Below, in pieces: positions 8,052 to 19,600 of a DNA stretch of 51,416 bases. The first letter of the stretch is position 1; the number at the start of each line of letters is the position of its first letter. Source of the stretch: Patescibacteria group bacterium. Lineage in GTDB: Bacteria; Patescibacteriota; Patescibacteriia; PEXW01. The DNA is taken from contig JBBTRU010000001.1 in NCBI GenBank assembly GCA_038065015.1, forward strand, positions 1 to 51,416, read 5' to 3'. Below the pieces are notes generated by a model, which made no database searches, was not told the origin of the DNA, and was given only the letters and a program-made list of their open reading frames with translations. The translations under genes were made by a program, and so were the position numbers.

Positions 8052-8519
8052 CTACTGCTTGAGCGAACCAGCCACGATGTCGCCTTCTTCGGTGTACGCT
8101 CCGCCCGTATCGACGACCAGGGATAGTTCGGTAAGGCGGGAGGCAGTGAGTGCTTGCTTGGTGGCCATGGGTGCCTTGGGCTTGGCGGCCGGCGGGGCGG
8201 CAAAACGGTATTCGTATTCCGTGTCTTCCTTGTGCCAGAGGCGCAGCTTGGGCAGGCGCGTGGTTTGCAAAATTGAGAGAATAAAATAGTGGAACGGCCG
8301 GCCGTTAATTTTTACAAAGGCGAGCAGGAACATGAAGCCGGACCAGAAAATAAACAGGAAAATAAAAGTGAGCATGCTGAAAATTTTCAACTGCAAGAAA
8401 GACATAATGCCCCAGAACAAAATGAGGATGAACTGGCGAACCGTGAAGGGTCCTAAAATTTTATCCTCGACATCGATAAATTGTGGAACAACGAACTGCA
8501 TCATACGAATTGCAGGCAA
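8052..8519 (-). CDS. PrgI-family (VirB3-like) small membrane protein
   Basis: 155 aa. N-terminal VPQFIDVEDKILGPFTVRQFILILFWGIMSF followed by a second TM, the pattern of the PrgI family. It sits directly upstream of VirB4, as in Gram-positive T4SS. Confidence 0.6.
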   Translation of the reverse strand: MPAIRMMQFVVPQFIDVEDKILGPFTVRQFILILFWGIMSFLQLKIFSMLTFIFLFIFWSGFMFLLAFVKINGRPFHYFILSILQTTRLPKLRLWHKEDTEYEYRFAAPPAAKPKAPMATKQALTASRLTELSLVVDTGGAYTEEGDIVAGSLKQ

Positions 8520-8522
8520 GGC

Positions 8523-9899
8523 TTAGTAACGGAATTGGCGCATGAGCGCCCCGATCGCTTCGAATTCTTCGGGGGTGAGCGTGGGCGTGTGCTGCACTTT
8601 CAGCAAGTCTATAATTTCGGCTACTTCTTCTTTGCGTTCCATGGCCATTTGCCCCAGCTGCAGGTAGGCCTTAAACGTGGGTGACTGGCGGAATGCCGCA
8701 ATGCCGGCGGCCCGCTGGGCAAACGAATCGCGCGTGAGGGCGTCCATTTCTTCGGCAATCTTGCCGATGCGCGCACCCGCGCTGTCGCCCAGGCGGCGAA
8801 AATCATCCAAAGAAAGGTTGCCAAGGACTTCCACCGGGCCCATTACACGTGATGGCGCGCGCACATCGGTAACCATTTCGCGGTAGCTGGGTTCGGGCCG
8901 GGCGGTCATGGCCGCCGGGCGCGGCGCAGCCGGGCGAGCAACAGGCGTGCTTGCCGGCCGAACCATTGCGGCAGGCGCTTGCATTGGCCGCAACCACGGC
9001 GGTGGCGCCACTGAAGGTTTGGGGGCAACCGGGGCGGTGGCGGCCTTTACTGCTATTACTGGCTTTTGTACGGATTCCCTCCCACCTGTGGGGGGAGCCG
9101 AAGGCGGGTGCGACCCATCGGAAGCACCCTGGTCGGGGAGAGGGGCCGGCATCGCTGGCGGTGGCGTTGACTTGACCACAACCTTTGGCCCGCCCGCCAT
9201 CGGCTGTGCCTTAGGCGTTGCCGGGCGTGGCCTTCGATGGAGCTCTTCCACAATTTTTTCAAGTTCATTCACTATCCGGCTGGCGCGCGCCTCGTCAAAA
9301 CCCATGCCGCCAATTTTCAACGAGCGCTGTAGCATGTCCGTAGTCTCGCGCTTATCCCGCACATCCACCAGCCGCGCCTCGACAATTTTCTGCAAGCGCT
9401 TTCGCTGCATGTCGTCCAAGGTCAGCTTCTCTAGCTGGATAAACTTGGCCGTGACCTGCTCGGGGTTGGTGTCTACTAATGGCGGCGGCGCACTCTGCAG
9501 GGCGGCAGCGTGTTGGGCAATGTCCTGGTGGTCATCCGGATGCACCAGGTATTGCGAGGCGCCCGCCTGCGGTTGCAAAGGCATTTTTGGCACCTCGGCA
9601 GTGAGTACGTCTTTAACATCCGGCACGTCGAGCAAGTGGAACTTAAAAAACAAATCGTCCAGCATGTGCTTGGCCAGCTCTTTGCCTTTGCCGGCCGGCA
9701 CTTTGTACTGCAACTCCAGCACTTCATCCAGTTTTGCCGGGTCTACCTCTTGCACCATTACGCGCATAACCAGCTCGGCCAAGTTGACGCTGTAATCTTT
9801 CTCCAAGGTATCCAGCATACGCATAGCCGCAGGATCGGAGGCGCTAGCCTTCGCGGCATCGGGGAGCTTTTGAAATTTGAGGAGGAGGCTATCGGGCAT
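8523..9899 (-). CDS. Soluble Pro/Ala-rich protein, function unknown; contains a repeat-derived segment
   Basis: 458 aa with no TM or signal peptide. Central P/A-rich region (PATPKAQPMAGGPKVVVKSTPPPAMPAPLP..APPPWLRPMQAPAAMVRPASTPVARPAAPRPAA). Nucleotides ~9077..9135 are a copy of an intergenic repeat. Confidence 0.6.
   Translation of the reverse strand: MPDSLLLKFQKLPDAAKASASDPAAMRMLDTLEKDYSVNLAELVMRVMVQEVDPAKLDEVLELQYKVPAGKGKELAKHMLDDLFFKFHLLDVPDVKDVLTAEVPKMPLQPQAGASQYLVHPDDHQDIAQHAAALQSAPPPLVDTNPEQVTAKFIQLEKLTLDDMQRKRLQKIVEARLVDVRDKRETTDMLQRSLKIGGMGFDEARASRIVNELEKIVEELHRRPRPATPKAQPMAGGPKVVVKSTPPPAMPAPLPDQGASDGSHPPSAPPTGGRESVQKPVIAVKAATAPVAPKPSVAPPPWLRPMQAPAAMVRPASTPVARPAAPRPAAMTARPEPSYREMVTDVRAPSRVMGPVEVLGNLSLDDFRRLGDSAGARIGKIAEEMDALTRDSFAQRAAGIAAFRQSPTFKAYLQLGQMAMERKEEVAEIIDLLKVQHTPTLTPEEFEAIGALMRQFRY
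9077..9135. repeat. GC-rich repeat (family 3), in-frame copy inside ORF 8523..9899
   Basis: tccctcccacctgtggggggagccgaaggcgggtgcgacccatcggaagcaccctgg matches the reverse complement of 46021..46075 (ctctcccaccttggggggagccgtaggcgggtgcgacccatcgggagcgcccagg). There are only a few mismatches and one 1-nt indel. Confidence 0.6.
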
Positions 9900-9907
9900 T
9901 TTTGTGA

Positions 9908-12900
9908 TTAAATATTTTCGTCGCTGCCACCACCGGTACCACTGAACATGTTCTGCAAGCTGCCAAACTCGCTCTTGAACTCTTCGGCATTCCCGTCCCG
10001 CACGTGCTTTTCCATGCTGCCAATGTGCTTCTGGATTTCCGAACGACCCAGGTCGCTGAGTTTCTCGGATTTCTGTATTTCGGCAGCGTTATTCTTGATG
10101 TAACTCATAAGACCGCGCCAGACAATGCTGTTCTTGAGTGCGCTGTCCAAGACGTCGGCGGTTATCCCGGTTAGTTTACCACGAATTTCCGGCGGGGCGG
10201 ACTTGAAGACTTGCTGGATGTTCTGGGTGACGTTGGTAATGTTGGTGACGTTTGCTGCCGTCACGTCGGGTTCTTCAATAATGTCTCCCGTACCCCTTGT
10301 ACGGCCAGCAGCGCGCGTGGAAGTTTTGACGGTACGTTGAGACTGCGTAGATTCCTCTTTGGTCGCCACCGCTTGCTGTAATGCTGCTTGCTTTTCTGCA
10401 GTATTTTTACGTGCCGCCTCGGCCTTGGCCCGGGTCGGCTCCAGCTCGGCCTGCTCTTTGGCAATATCGTTGCGGTACGCCCCCATAAGCGTGTATGCAT
10501 TATCACGCTCGGCCTTACTCTTGGTACGGTCGTTATACGCAGCCTCATTCTTAGCATAATTATCCTGCAAACTCTTCAGCTTGGCATCTTTCTGTTTTCG
10601 GATGTTGGCATATTCCTGCTCGGCTTTTGCCTGCTCTTGCTGGGCAGCCTGGAATTCGTCTTTCTTTACCGACGTATCCATAACCTTCTGGGATTGCAAA
10701 ATACGCTCGCGCTGTTCATCCCTGACTTTTTCGTCTTCCCGACGGCGCTGCAACGGCGCGCCAACAAAATTCTTAACGCCTTGCCAGGCCTCACCGGCAT
10801 CCGCCCGCAATTTTCGGCCTGCCCCGGCTGCAGGCGGAACCACTACGTCTTCGAGTGCAGCTTCGTCTTTGGCGGTAAGTTTGAGGTCCACTCCTTTTGC
10901 TTCGGCCTTGGCTTTAAGCGCTAACGCCAAACCTGACTTGAGCTTCACAGCATCGGGCGATGTATCGGCCCAGCGACCTTGGTTGACCAAGCCCTTGGCC
11001 AAGTATTCATCAAACGCACGGTCTTCGCTCATCCCGGCGTGGTCAGACCGGTTGCGCTGGTCAGCAACAATTTCCTGGAATTCCTCGGGCGTAAATTGCG
11101 ACTTCATGGCTGCGCGGATAGAGCCATCATCATCCATGGCATCCAACTGCTTGTGCATGGCTTCTTCGGCCAGAATATTGCGCGCCGCCCCGCCCGACCG
11201 ATCAGCATTGATAAAGGTAATATCCTCGAGCTTCGATGGATCCTGTAACCGAGCTTGCGTTGCGCGCAAGGTGTTTTTCCGTGTTTGCAATGCAGCGCGT
11301 TGGGCTTCAATATCCTTGAGTTTTTCTGGGTCTGCCTGTGCCGGCGTCATCGGTCGGCCCGAGGCATCGAGCAGTTTACCAGCAGGCGTCTGCAATTGCT
11401 TTTCCTGCTGTGTGAGCTCAGCGAGCTCCGACTCTATCGAATCAACATCCCCTTGGATTTGCTGGTTGAGCACCCCGGCAATGCGCTTGATGGATTCTGG
11501 ATTACGCGTGTACCCGCCAGCAGTCGCTTTTACGCCTGCTTGGTTAAGCAAACCTTCACTTACGGCGAGGGTGTTTGACTTACCACTGTTGAACTTGCCC
11601 AAGCTGGTAATTTCGCTAGCGCCAGCCTTACCAGCTGCCAAGCGGTCCAGCACGCGCTGCTGCTGCCGCGCATTCTGCTGGTACTGTTGCTTGCTATAGT
11701 ACTTGCTTGGGTCGGCAATGTACTCGGCGCTTTTTTCAAATTCTTCTCCGTGCTGCGTGCGGAGTGCCTCGGTGCGTTGCTGCCGCTGATGATCAATGTC
11801 TTCTTGGGCAAGCACTTCGTCATCGGTATAGCGGCTGCCACGGGTAGCACCACCTCGGGCATTATCAATTGCCTCTTGCATTGATTGATTAACGTCAGAA
11901 TCAAATTTACTTTTATATTTGTCATTACGAAGACGTTCATCAAGTACGGGTAGTCCAACGCTTTTCATTACCGGGTCATCCCAATCTGATTTTTGCATGT
12001 CATTAAAATCAGCAAAGCTCATGCTCTTTATCTGATCGCGAAGCTTATTCTCGTAAAATGTACGCTCATCACCTGTGCTTGAGGATGCACGTACTGCCAG
12101 TAGGCCGGGGCTTTTCTTAAACAAATCTTTACGCCCCTTCAGTCCATCAGAGTCAATCGCCGATTCTGTAAACTCTCCAGGCTCACCACCAACTTTTGGC
12201 TTCTTCGAATAACCAATGTGTGCTTCATAGGCCGAAAGAATTTGCATCTTCTCTTCATTGGAGTAGCCGGCGAGCCCATGGGTCTTCATGGCATTCTCCA
12301 TAGCAGCCTTTTGGTACCCGCGGCCAGAAAGTGTTGCGGGATTCCCGAGGAGAATATCTCGCTCACCCTGTCCTTCTAAGAATTTCGCTGATGCGGCGTC
12401 CTTATCCTCCGACTTCATTCGTTGCTGTCGCAAAACGGCCTGCTGCTTTCGTGCGGCACCTTGGATTCCCAAAAAGTTCATTTTAGAGGCTAAACCCAGT
12501 GCTCCTTCACCCACACGGTACGCCGTAGGTTTTACCAAATCTGCTGCCCGCCCACCGGCAAATCCACCAAGTTTCTTCGCAATATTAAACGGCGCCATTG
12601 CACCGGCGGCGCCCAGGCGGTTAATATTCCCCATCCACTTACCGGCCACGTTACCGGCCACACCGCCGGCTTTGGTAGCCTGTTGTAACCCGGCCACCAG
12701 CATGCCCACGGCAACAATGTAATTAATAATTGAAGCAGTGGTCGTCGCCGCTCCCGCAAAGACCGGCTTATCCTGCGCGCCAGTTTGCTGGCTGGCAATC
12801 GTATCTTTAATTTGCACGTCGGGGAGTATGGTCGTATTCGAAAATGAAATGACGGTGAGCGCCAGCCACAAGAAAAAAGCGATAACCGGCCCTTTAATAA

Positions 12901-13699
12901 GCTGGTTCGAAAAATCCCGCCACCAGCTGCCCCACCAGCTGCCTAAGGAACCGGGCAGCACCGCCACCATGTAGGCCGTGGGCGCCAGGACAATGTAGAT
13001 CCAGAGCATGACAATGCGCTGGGCCAACAGCACCACGAAGATGCCCACCACCACCAGGGCAATGAACAGCATGACTACCGCAACGAATACCGAACCGAGC
13101 ACGGAGAGCGGGTTTATATCGCCACCCTGCGCACTTATATCTTGGGAAAAACTGACAATTTTATCAATGCCAAAGCCTTTCGTCAGGTTGCCGGCGGCCA
13201 TGTCTTTAAAGGCGTTGACAAAAGTGAGCATGACCACCTGCGAAAGGTCGATGAAGAATGCAGCAATGGTTTTGGAGAAGTTTATCAAGATGGCCATCAT
13301 AATGAGCTTCCGCAGCATGCTGGTGTAGCGGTACTCCTGAATTTGGAACACCGTACCAATAGATATCAGCAGCAAAGCCACAATGAAGAACATGTTGGCC
13401 ACATCGCGCGTCACTGCCCAGCCGGTCTGCACGGCCGGGGCATTGATGAAGTCGTTGTACTGCGCTATCCACACCAAAATATCTATAAACTTAATAAGCA
13501 AGCTGCCGAGAACATTCAGGATTATCGTCAGGAACCAGCTCACTATGGACACCACGCCATTGCCGAGTGCCGAAAGTGCCTGCGCGTGTGCGCCGGCCGG
13601 CCAGATGGCCACAATCGCGATTATCCCAACGCACAGCACCACCCCCTGGCGGGGATGTGCTTTAAGGTGCTGCCAGAATTTTCGAAAGGAAAAACTCAT
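9908..13699 (-). CDS. VirB6/TrbL-like polytopic membrane protein with ~900 aa coiled-coil C-terminal tail
   Basis: 1263 aa. The first ~350 aa hold 6-8 TM helices (WFLTIILNVLGSLLIKFIDILVWI, MFFIVALLLISIG, LIMMAILINFSKTIAAFFIDLSQVVMLTF, VFVAVVMLFIALVVVGIFVVLLAQRIVMLWIYIVLAP, GPVIAFFLWLALTVISF). The remainder is K/E/Q/A-rich, heptad-like sequence. The functional call rests on topology and operon position. Confidence 0.55.
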   Translation of the reverse strand: MSFSFRKFWQHLKAHPRQGVVLCVGIIAIVAIWPAGAHAQALSALGNGVVSIVSWFLTIILNVLGSLLIKFIDILVWIAQYNDFINAPAVQTGWAVTRDVANMFFIVALLLISIGTVFQIQEYRYTSMLRKLIMMAILINFSKTIAAFFIDLSQVVMLTFVNAFKDMAAGNLTKGFGIDKIVSFSQDISAQGGDINPLSVLGSVFVAVVMLFIALVVVGIFVVLLAQRIVMLWIYIVLAPTAYMVAVLPGSLGSWWGSWWRDFSNQLIKGPVIAFFLWLALTVISFSNTTILPDVQIKDTIASQQTGAQDKPVFAGAATTTASIINYIVAVGMLVAGLQQATKAGGVAGNVAGKWMGNINRLGAAGAMAPFNIAKKLGGFAGGRAADLVKPTAYRVGEGALGLASKMNFLGIQGAARKQQAVLRQQRMKSEDKDAASAKFLEGQGERDILLGNPATLSGRGYQKAAMENAMKTHGLAGYSNEEKMQILSAYEAHIGYSKKPKVGGEPGEFTESAIDSDGLKGRKDLFKKSPGLLAVRASSSTGDERTFYENKLRDQIKSMSFADFNDMQKSDWDDPVMKSVGLPVLDERLRNDKYKSKFDSDVNQSMQEAIDNARGGATRGSRYTDDEVLAQEDIDHQRQQRTEALRTQHGEEFEKSAEYIADPSKYYSKQQYQQNARQQQRVLDRLAAGKAGASEITSLGKFNSGKSNTLAVSEGLLNQAGVKATAGGYTRNPESIKRIAGVLNQQIQGDVDSIESELAELTQQEKQLQTPAGKLLDASGRPMTPAQADPEKLKDIEAQRAALQTRKNTLRATQARLQDPSKLEDITFINADRSGGAARNILAEEAMHKQLDAMDDDGSIRAAMKSQFTPEEFQEIVADQRNRSDHAGMSEDRAFDEYLAKGLVNQGRWADTSPDAVKLKSGLALALKAKAEAKGVDLKLTAKDEAALEDVVVPPAAGAGRKLRADAGEAWQGVKNFVGAPLQRRREDEKVRDEQRERILQSQKVMDTSVKKDEFQAAQQEQAKAEQEYANIRKQKDAKLKSLQDNYAKNEAAYNDRTKSKAERDNAYTLMGAYRNDIAKEQAELEPTRAKAEAARKNTAEKQAALQQAVATKEESTQSQRTVKTSTRAAGRTRGTGDIIEEPDVTAANVTNITNVTQNIQQVFKSAPPEIRGKLTGITADVLDSALKNSIVWRGLMSYIKNNAAEIQKSEKLSDLGRSEIQKHIGSMEKHVRDGNAEEFKSEFGSLQNMFSGTGGGSDENI

Positions 13700-16600
13700 T
13701 AGCGAATAATCACAATGTCATCCGGTAGCGGTTCCCAGTAAGAACTCTGCGTTGATGGGAACGAGTACGAGTATGGCGCGTTCGGGTTCACGCACCGCCC
13801 ACCATTGCACCAATCCCAGTTATCCTGAATTTGCACACGTGGACGAGCGATGCAGTACTCCTTTCCAGCAACCGCCTGGTTAAAATCTGGAGAAAACTTG
13901 TCACCATATTTACCGGTGCCTTTATCGAAGCATTGACCAGTACCTTGCCCAAAAAGATAGACATGTGTAAAAGAATGGGGGTCAGCGGCATTGCTGCGAG
14001 GAGCAAAATTCCATCGAATAATCTCATCGCTATTACTATCACCATCCCAGTCGATTGCAATATTTTTCATGGGTAATTGCTCCTTATCTACGATGCTATT
14101 AAACTGGAGTTGTATAAGCTCGCCAGCACCAATAATAGTTACGCCAGATTCACGGTTTCCGACTTTTACACTTTCCACCAAGGGCGGAATACCACAATAG
14201 GCATTCGTGAGTGCTACTTGATTCGAGGACACTACATTTGCCTTGGCACGATCGTACACACCGCCACAAGCGGGCATTGTAAGGTAGTTATCCCGCCAAC
14301 CGGTTATGCGTGAATCTGTAGCGGTAATATCGACGTAGGTTTGCGTAGCTTCATCTAGCTGCCAAGCGCCGTAGACATTCGCGAAAAGCAGTTTCAAATA
14401 TGCGATACCTGTACTGGTTGCCTTGTTTGTGACAAATGCACCACCGCCTACATTTTGTGTTGAACCATAATCACATTTTTCCCCAGCAGTGCCACACTGC
14501 GCATCAGTGGTGCAGGCCTGACTTACTTTACTACCAGTCTGGCATACCTTGGCTGTACCGGCCCCAATACAGAAGCCCTTTGCTGCCGTACAGGTTGCGA
14601 TTTCGGCAAGTGTATTGCACGCGCTACCTGTGATACTGCAAATACGGCGCGAGCAATTACCGCCTGCGGCACAACCATAGACGCTGCTTGCGCGCACGTC
14701 TTGAGTTGCGCTCATCACATACACACCTTGCTTACCAGGTTCAACCGTATTATCACGAGTATCCCACTGCCCAGGATCTTCCAGGTGCAATTCTGGTGGC
14801 ACTATCGCGCCATACGGAGCTGTATCCTGTGAAGCCAGGTAACGTAAATCTGGCAGTGGGTAAGACTGACTACTCGTCCGATTCGACCAACTTGCATTAG
14901 TCCCGCCAGGTTGAACCACTTGGGCCACAACTTGGCAAATATCTCGTACTATAAAACGTATATCAAGCTTATAGTGGCCACCGCCACCAGAAGCATCGCA
15001 CATCCCAAAGTTAATTGTTGCGGTTCTTGTATTGGGATCAGCTGGCCATTGTACGCGCAATCCCCAAAGGTTGGTGTTGTCGTCGCTACCATCCCAGTCA
15101 TCGCAACCACTTGCATTAAACGCTGGACTCATGCCCGACCAAGTAAATGGCATATTACATTTTCTATCGCTCGCCGAGCCTTGGCCACCACAACCTGCGA
15201 CAAACCAAGCAGGGGTTGTTCCACTGCTTGCTGGGCAATTATCTGCATCGCAATAGTACTGCCCACTGGTACGATTCATTGTGAGAACAGTACCATTACC
15301 TGGGTGCCAATCACCATCTGCTGCAGACACTACTGCCTGTATAGTTTCCACTTGATTGAGTGAGTACCCATTGACAGTATACGACCAAGTTGCGCCCTCA
15401 TCTTCGGTTTCTTCCACAGTCCGCATGCTAATATTTGCACCCCGGCCGGCTGATTGTAAGCACATGTACAATGGATTTTGCCCACTATACCCCGCGGCTT
15501 CCACCCGGCCAAAAATATTTCGTTCGCCTGCGAGTAAATCAATGGGATACCAGCTCAAACACCCGGTGGGATTGCGCGGGTCTGGTTCCAAGCAGTACCC
15601 TTGCCAACCGTCGAAACGTTTTCCAGTATCATCCTGATAACCACACGAAAGTGCTGTTGAATTTGGGTACGCACGGCAAGAACGAGCAATATATGCATCA
15701 TTACTTAACTGACCGGTAATGCCGCTCGTTGTAGCGGGCAGTGGATCGTCCACGTTGAGGACAGGCAGCACAGAAACATCATCAATCGCTATTGCCGTAC
15801 GATTGTTACTGGGTACTAAGAAGTACACCATACCCGTGCTTTGATCGAAAGGCTGGTGCGTGCTATTCCCATTATTATCAAACGCAGTGTTCCCCTGGGC
15901 CTGTGTAGCGTTAGCACTTAACGTGAGCGGGCCAATGACGAAACGCTGCCACTGGGTGGTGGGCTTAACATTACCGTACCATGCATTGGTCGAGATGATC
16001 CCAGCAGTGGCACTGGAAGCTATACCTGCACTAATTTTCGTGTCGGTCAGTAATCGGTCTGGGCTCTGGACGTAACGAATGTTAAATGAGAGCACATACG
16101 TACGGTCGGGGGTCAAGCGGTTTGCCATGGCTGCAGTGGTGGTACGAATAACGGTCGGACGGGATCCACCAATTGATGGGGTGGCTTGCAGGAAAGGATT
16201 CACAGTCACGGGTGCGGTCGTATTGCCAACAGCTAAGGTTTGACTGGTCGTGAGAGCGAGCACACTACCATCGGTAGTTGAATCGGCTTGCAAAGTCCAT
16301 CCGCTCTCACTTAAAATTTTTGATTTATTAAACGTACCGTTCAGCACGTCATCGGCCACGGCCACGCCGTCGTTGCCCACTTGCGGGGCCACCCCGAACA
16401 AATACTTGCCATTGAGAATTTGATTCCCCGCCCATTGCAAACCGGCCAGCACCAAGCCGCTCTTGTTGCGCAGGTCTTCCCGGCTGTAGGCGGCCGTGTT
16501 GCCCGTAAAGTTCATGGGCTTGCACACGCCGGCGCCGCAATCCGCATCTACCACGCAGGTTTGCTTCGCATTGTTGCTGCAGCGCATTTCGTCTACAAAG

Positions 16601-19600
16601 TGGTTGCACTGGCCGCTGGGGCTAAAACTGTCGCAGGTGGCTAGGCCGAGGGTAAGATTTTCTTTTTGGCCATTCGGCTTGGTGCTTTCGATGGTGGTAG
16701 TTGGCGTTAGCCACTGGCTGCACTGCCGGTCGCGCTGCACTTTTAGCAGCACGTTACTGTCGCACAGTTCGGGGTGGTCGGCGCAGGCGGCCGGGCTGCC
16801 CGTGGCATCCGGATCGGTCGGCGAACCGCCGATGGGGCTCTGGTCGACATCGTAGGCCAGTGTCGCATTCGAAAGATCGTTGAAGAGTCGGCAGCCTTGC
16901 TTGTCGCCCACCTGGCCGTTGCAGCTGGTGGAATCTACGCTCTGCCGAATAACCGACGTGTTGGTGGTGCTGTTGACTTGCAGGTTATCCAGCCAGTAGC
17001 CGGTGGTGCCGCCCACTGCGCCGGCAATGACATTGCAAGTGACGGCATTACCCGAGAAGAACCGACCGCTAACCCGGAGCGCTGCCGTGTCGCCAAAGCG
17101 GTCGGCCGGAATGCGAAGGGTGGTGCTAGTATTATCGTTAAACAAGCTGCCATCGGGCGAGCTCACCGGCGCATCGCCGCCCTGCGCATTTTTGCAGCTC
17201 ACCAGGCCCAGCCGAAAGTCCTCAGTCATTGCCGCGCTGCCCTTGGCCACGTCGGCACTTACCACGTAGTACGCGTTCGCATCCAGGCTCACGGTTTGCG
17301 TAAAGGTGCCCTGGTTGGTAATAATTGCGCGCACCGCTTGCGAGCCGTTGTTGGGGACGTAGGCCTGCAGGCTCGCACTGACGCCACTCCAGCCTTGGGG
17401 CAGGCTGCCGTTGGCAACTTCGAAATTTCCATTGGTTGTCAAACTGGCGCCGGTGCCAAGTGGGTCCAAGAAGTTACCGCAGCCGTTTTGCTCGGCGGGA
17501 CAGAGTCCGGCGTAGCCGCCATTAGGCACCGCGGGCGGGATGTTGTTGAGCTCGCGCACCGGGCAGGGCGTATCCGTGCCAGCAATGTACCAACCCGCGG
17601 ACTTGTTGCCCGAAACATCGCGGTAGCTGCAGACTTTGCTGCCCGGGTTGCGGAAATAGGCATTGCCGCCTTCGGACAAAGTGTACTCCTCGCAGAACAG
17701 CGCTCCGCGGCCGCACATAATAGTGGTATAGGTGTCGGGGTTATCCCGCAGGTACACGGTTTCCATATTTTGCAGCTTGCCGCTGGCATCGAAATTCTCT
17801 TTGCCCAAGGCGCGGCAACCCTTCTCCTCGGCGCGGCAGGCTTTGGTCGGGTCGTTTACCCAGAATTCCACTTCGTCGGCATCGGTGTCGACTTTGTCGC
17901 CGGGGTACGGGTTGCTGCTAAACGGCGTGCCATCAGAAAGGAACTTGGTAAGCGCAGTAACATCCCCAACGTTGACATTCCCATCGGCATTCGTATCACC
18001 CGCTTCTAACGGGAAGGGCTTTGGGCCGCCAGAGAACATGTAGGCCGCTAGGTAATTAATGTCGGCGCTATCCACCTTGCCGCTGCCGTCTACGTCGCCG
18101 CGCTGGCTGGGGAAGGTAACGCTGGATGCAAACGCATCGGTAGAATTTTTAGTGTTGATGAGTGCCTCGCACCCCACCACTTCGGACTTGCAGAGTTTGC
18201 TAAAGCCGGAGTACGTGTTTACCACGTTGCTGCGGTTGCGGTATTCCTGGCAGCCTTCGAAGCCACCACACGCCGTCTGGCTGGCTTTAATGCGGTAGGT
18301 GCTGTCCGAAATCTCGGTGAGCACAAGGTTATCTATGTAGAAATCTGCACCCAGTACCGACAGGACATTGGTGCCTGCGGTTGCGAAGCTAACGTTCGTG
18401 GGTCCCAGGGTGTAGGCGTTCCAATCTGTCCTCACCGACACGGTACCCATAGACACGGCACTGCCGTTTTGCAAACGGGCTTCCACATCTACATTGGCAC
18501 CGGTATTACTCTTGGCCCAGAACGCCAGGACGTAGCTCTTACCCTGCACCAAGGGCTGGTTGGTTGCCTGGGCATTGGTGGTGACGTGCAAAGAATGCCC
18601 GCCAAAGGTTATGCTCTCGGTGGTGGGGTTAGTTGGATTGCCACTGACCACCCACGGGCTGGACGAGCCGTTTTCAAATTCGCTCTTGAGAATTGTACGG
18701 GTGTTGCTGCCGGTGTTGCCCACATACTCGCGGCAACCCACAGCCGCGGCCGAGCAGGAAAGGGATTTTGTGGCATCGGCGTAGTACACGTTGCTATCCA
18801 CGGTGTTGCGGTAGGGGTGGCAGTCAGCAGTGCCTTCGATAAGGCGCGAGCGCAAGCGGTAGTACACATTGCTTGGATTGAGATCATCGTAGTACTGGCC
18901 GCAGTCTGGATCGGTGCCAAAGGTCGCCTGGCAGTCGATAACTGCTGTTTGCGGGCTGGTGTTGTCTACGCAGTTGAGCGGCAAGGTCTGCCCGGTGTCC
19001 AGGTTGGTACACGGGCCGCTCCCCGCATTACTCTGCTTCAGGCGGTACTGTTTTAACTGGTAGCCGGATTCATTGTCGCCCACCCAGGAATAGTAGTTTT
19101 TCAAGCCCGGGTCGTTGGGCTGCACGCAGAGTTGGAGCTTGGTAAACTGCGCTTTGCCTTCGCCGCCCTGCGCCACCTGGTCTAGGTTGGTATACGCCTC
19201 GCAACCCACATCGGTAGCAGTGCACTGCGTACCGGTTTTGGCAATGAAAGAGACGAGCGGCTGGCAGTCTGCAGGGTTATTACTGCAAGCTGATGCCAGA
19301 GTTGGATCGCACGATGTAAACTTCGTCGGGAGGTCGCTCTTGCAGTAAAACCCGGTGCGCGTGTCGTGCGCTTTCAGCACCCCGGTGGTGGGCTGCTCGC
19401 GGAACGTGGCGCAGCCGGCTTTGTCGGCCGGGCAGCTAATGCCGCCCTTGGCTGGCACGGCTGTACCGCCCGCCGTCGGGGTGAACAAATCGCAACCCAC
19501 ATCCGCGGCAGTACATTTGGAAATAAACTTGCTGCATGCCGGCGGGTCCGTTGCCACATTGCCCGTACAGGCCAGGCCGTCGGCCGGCCGCTTGAGGTGC

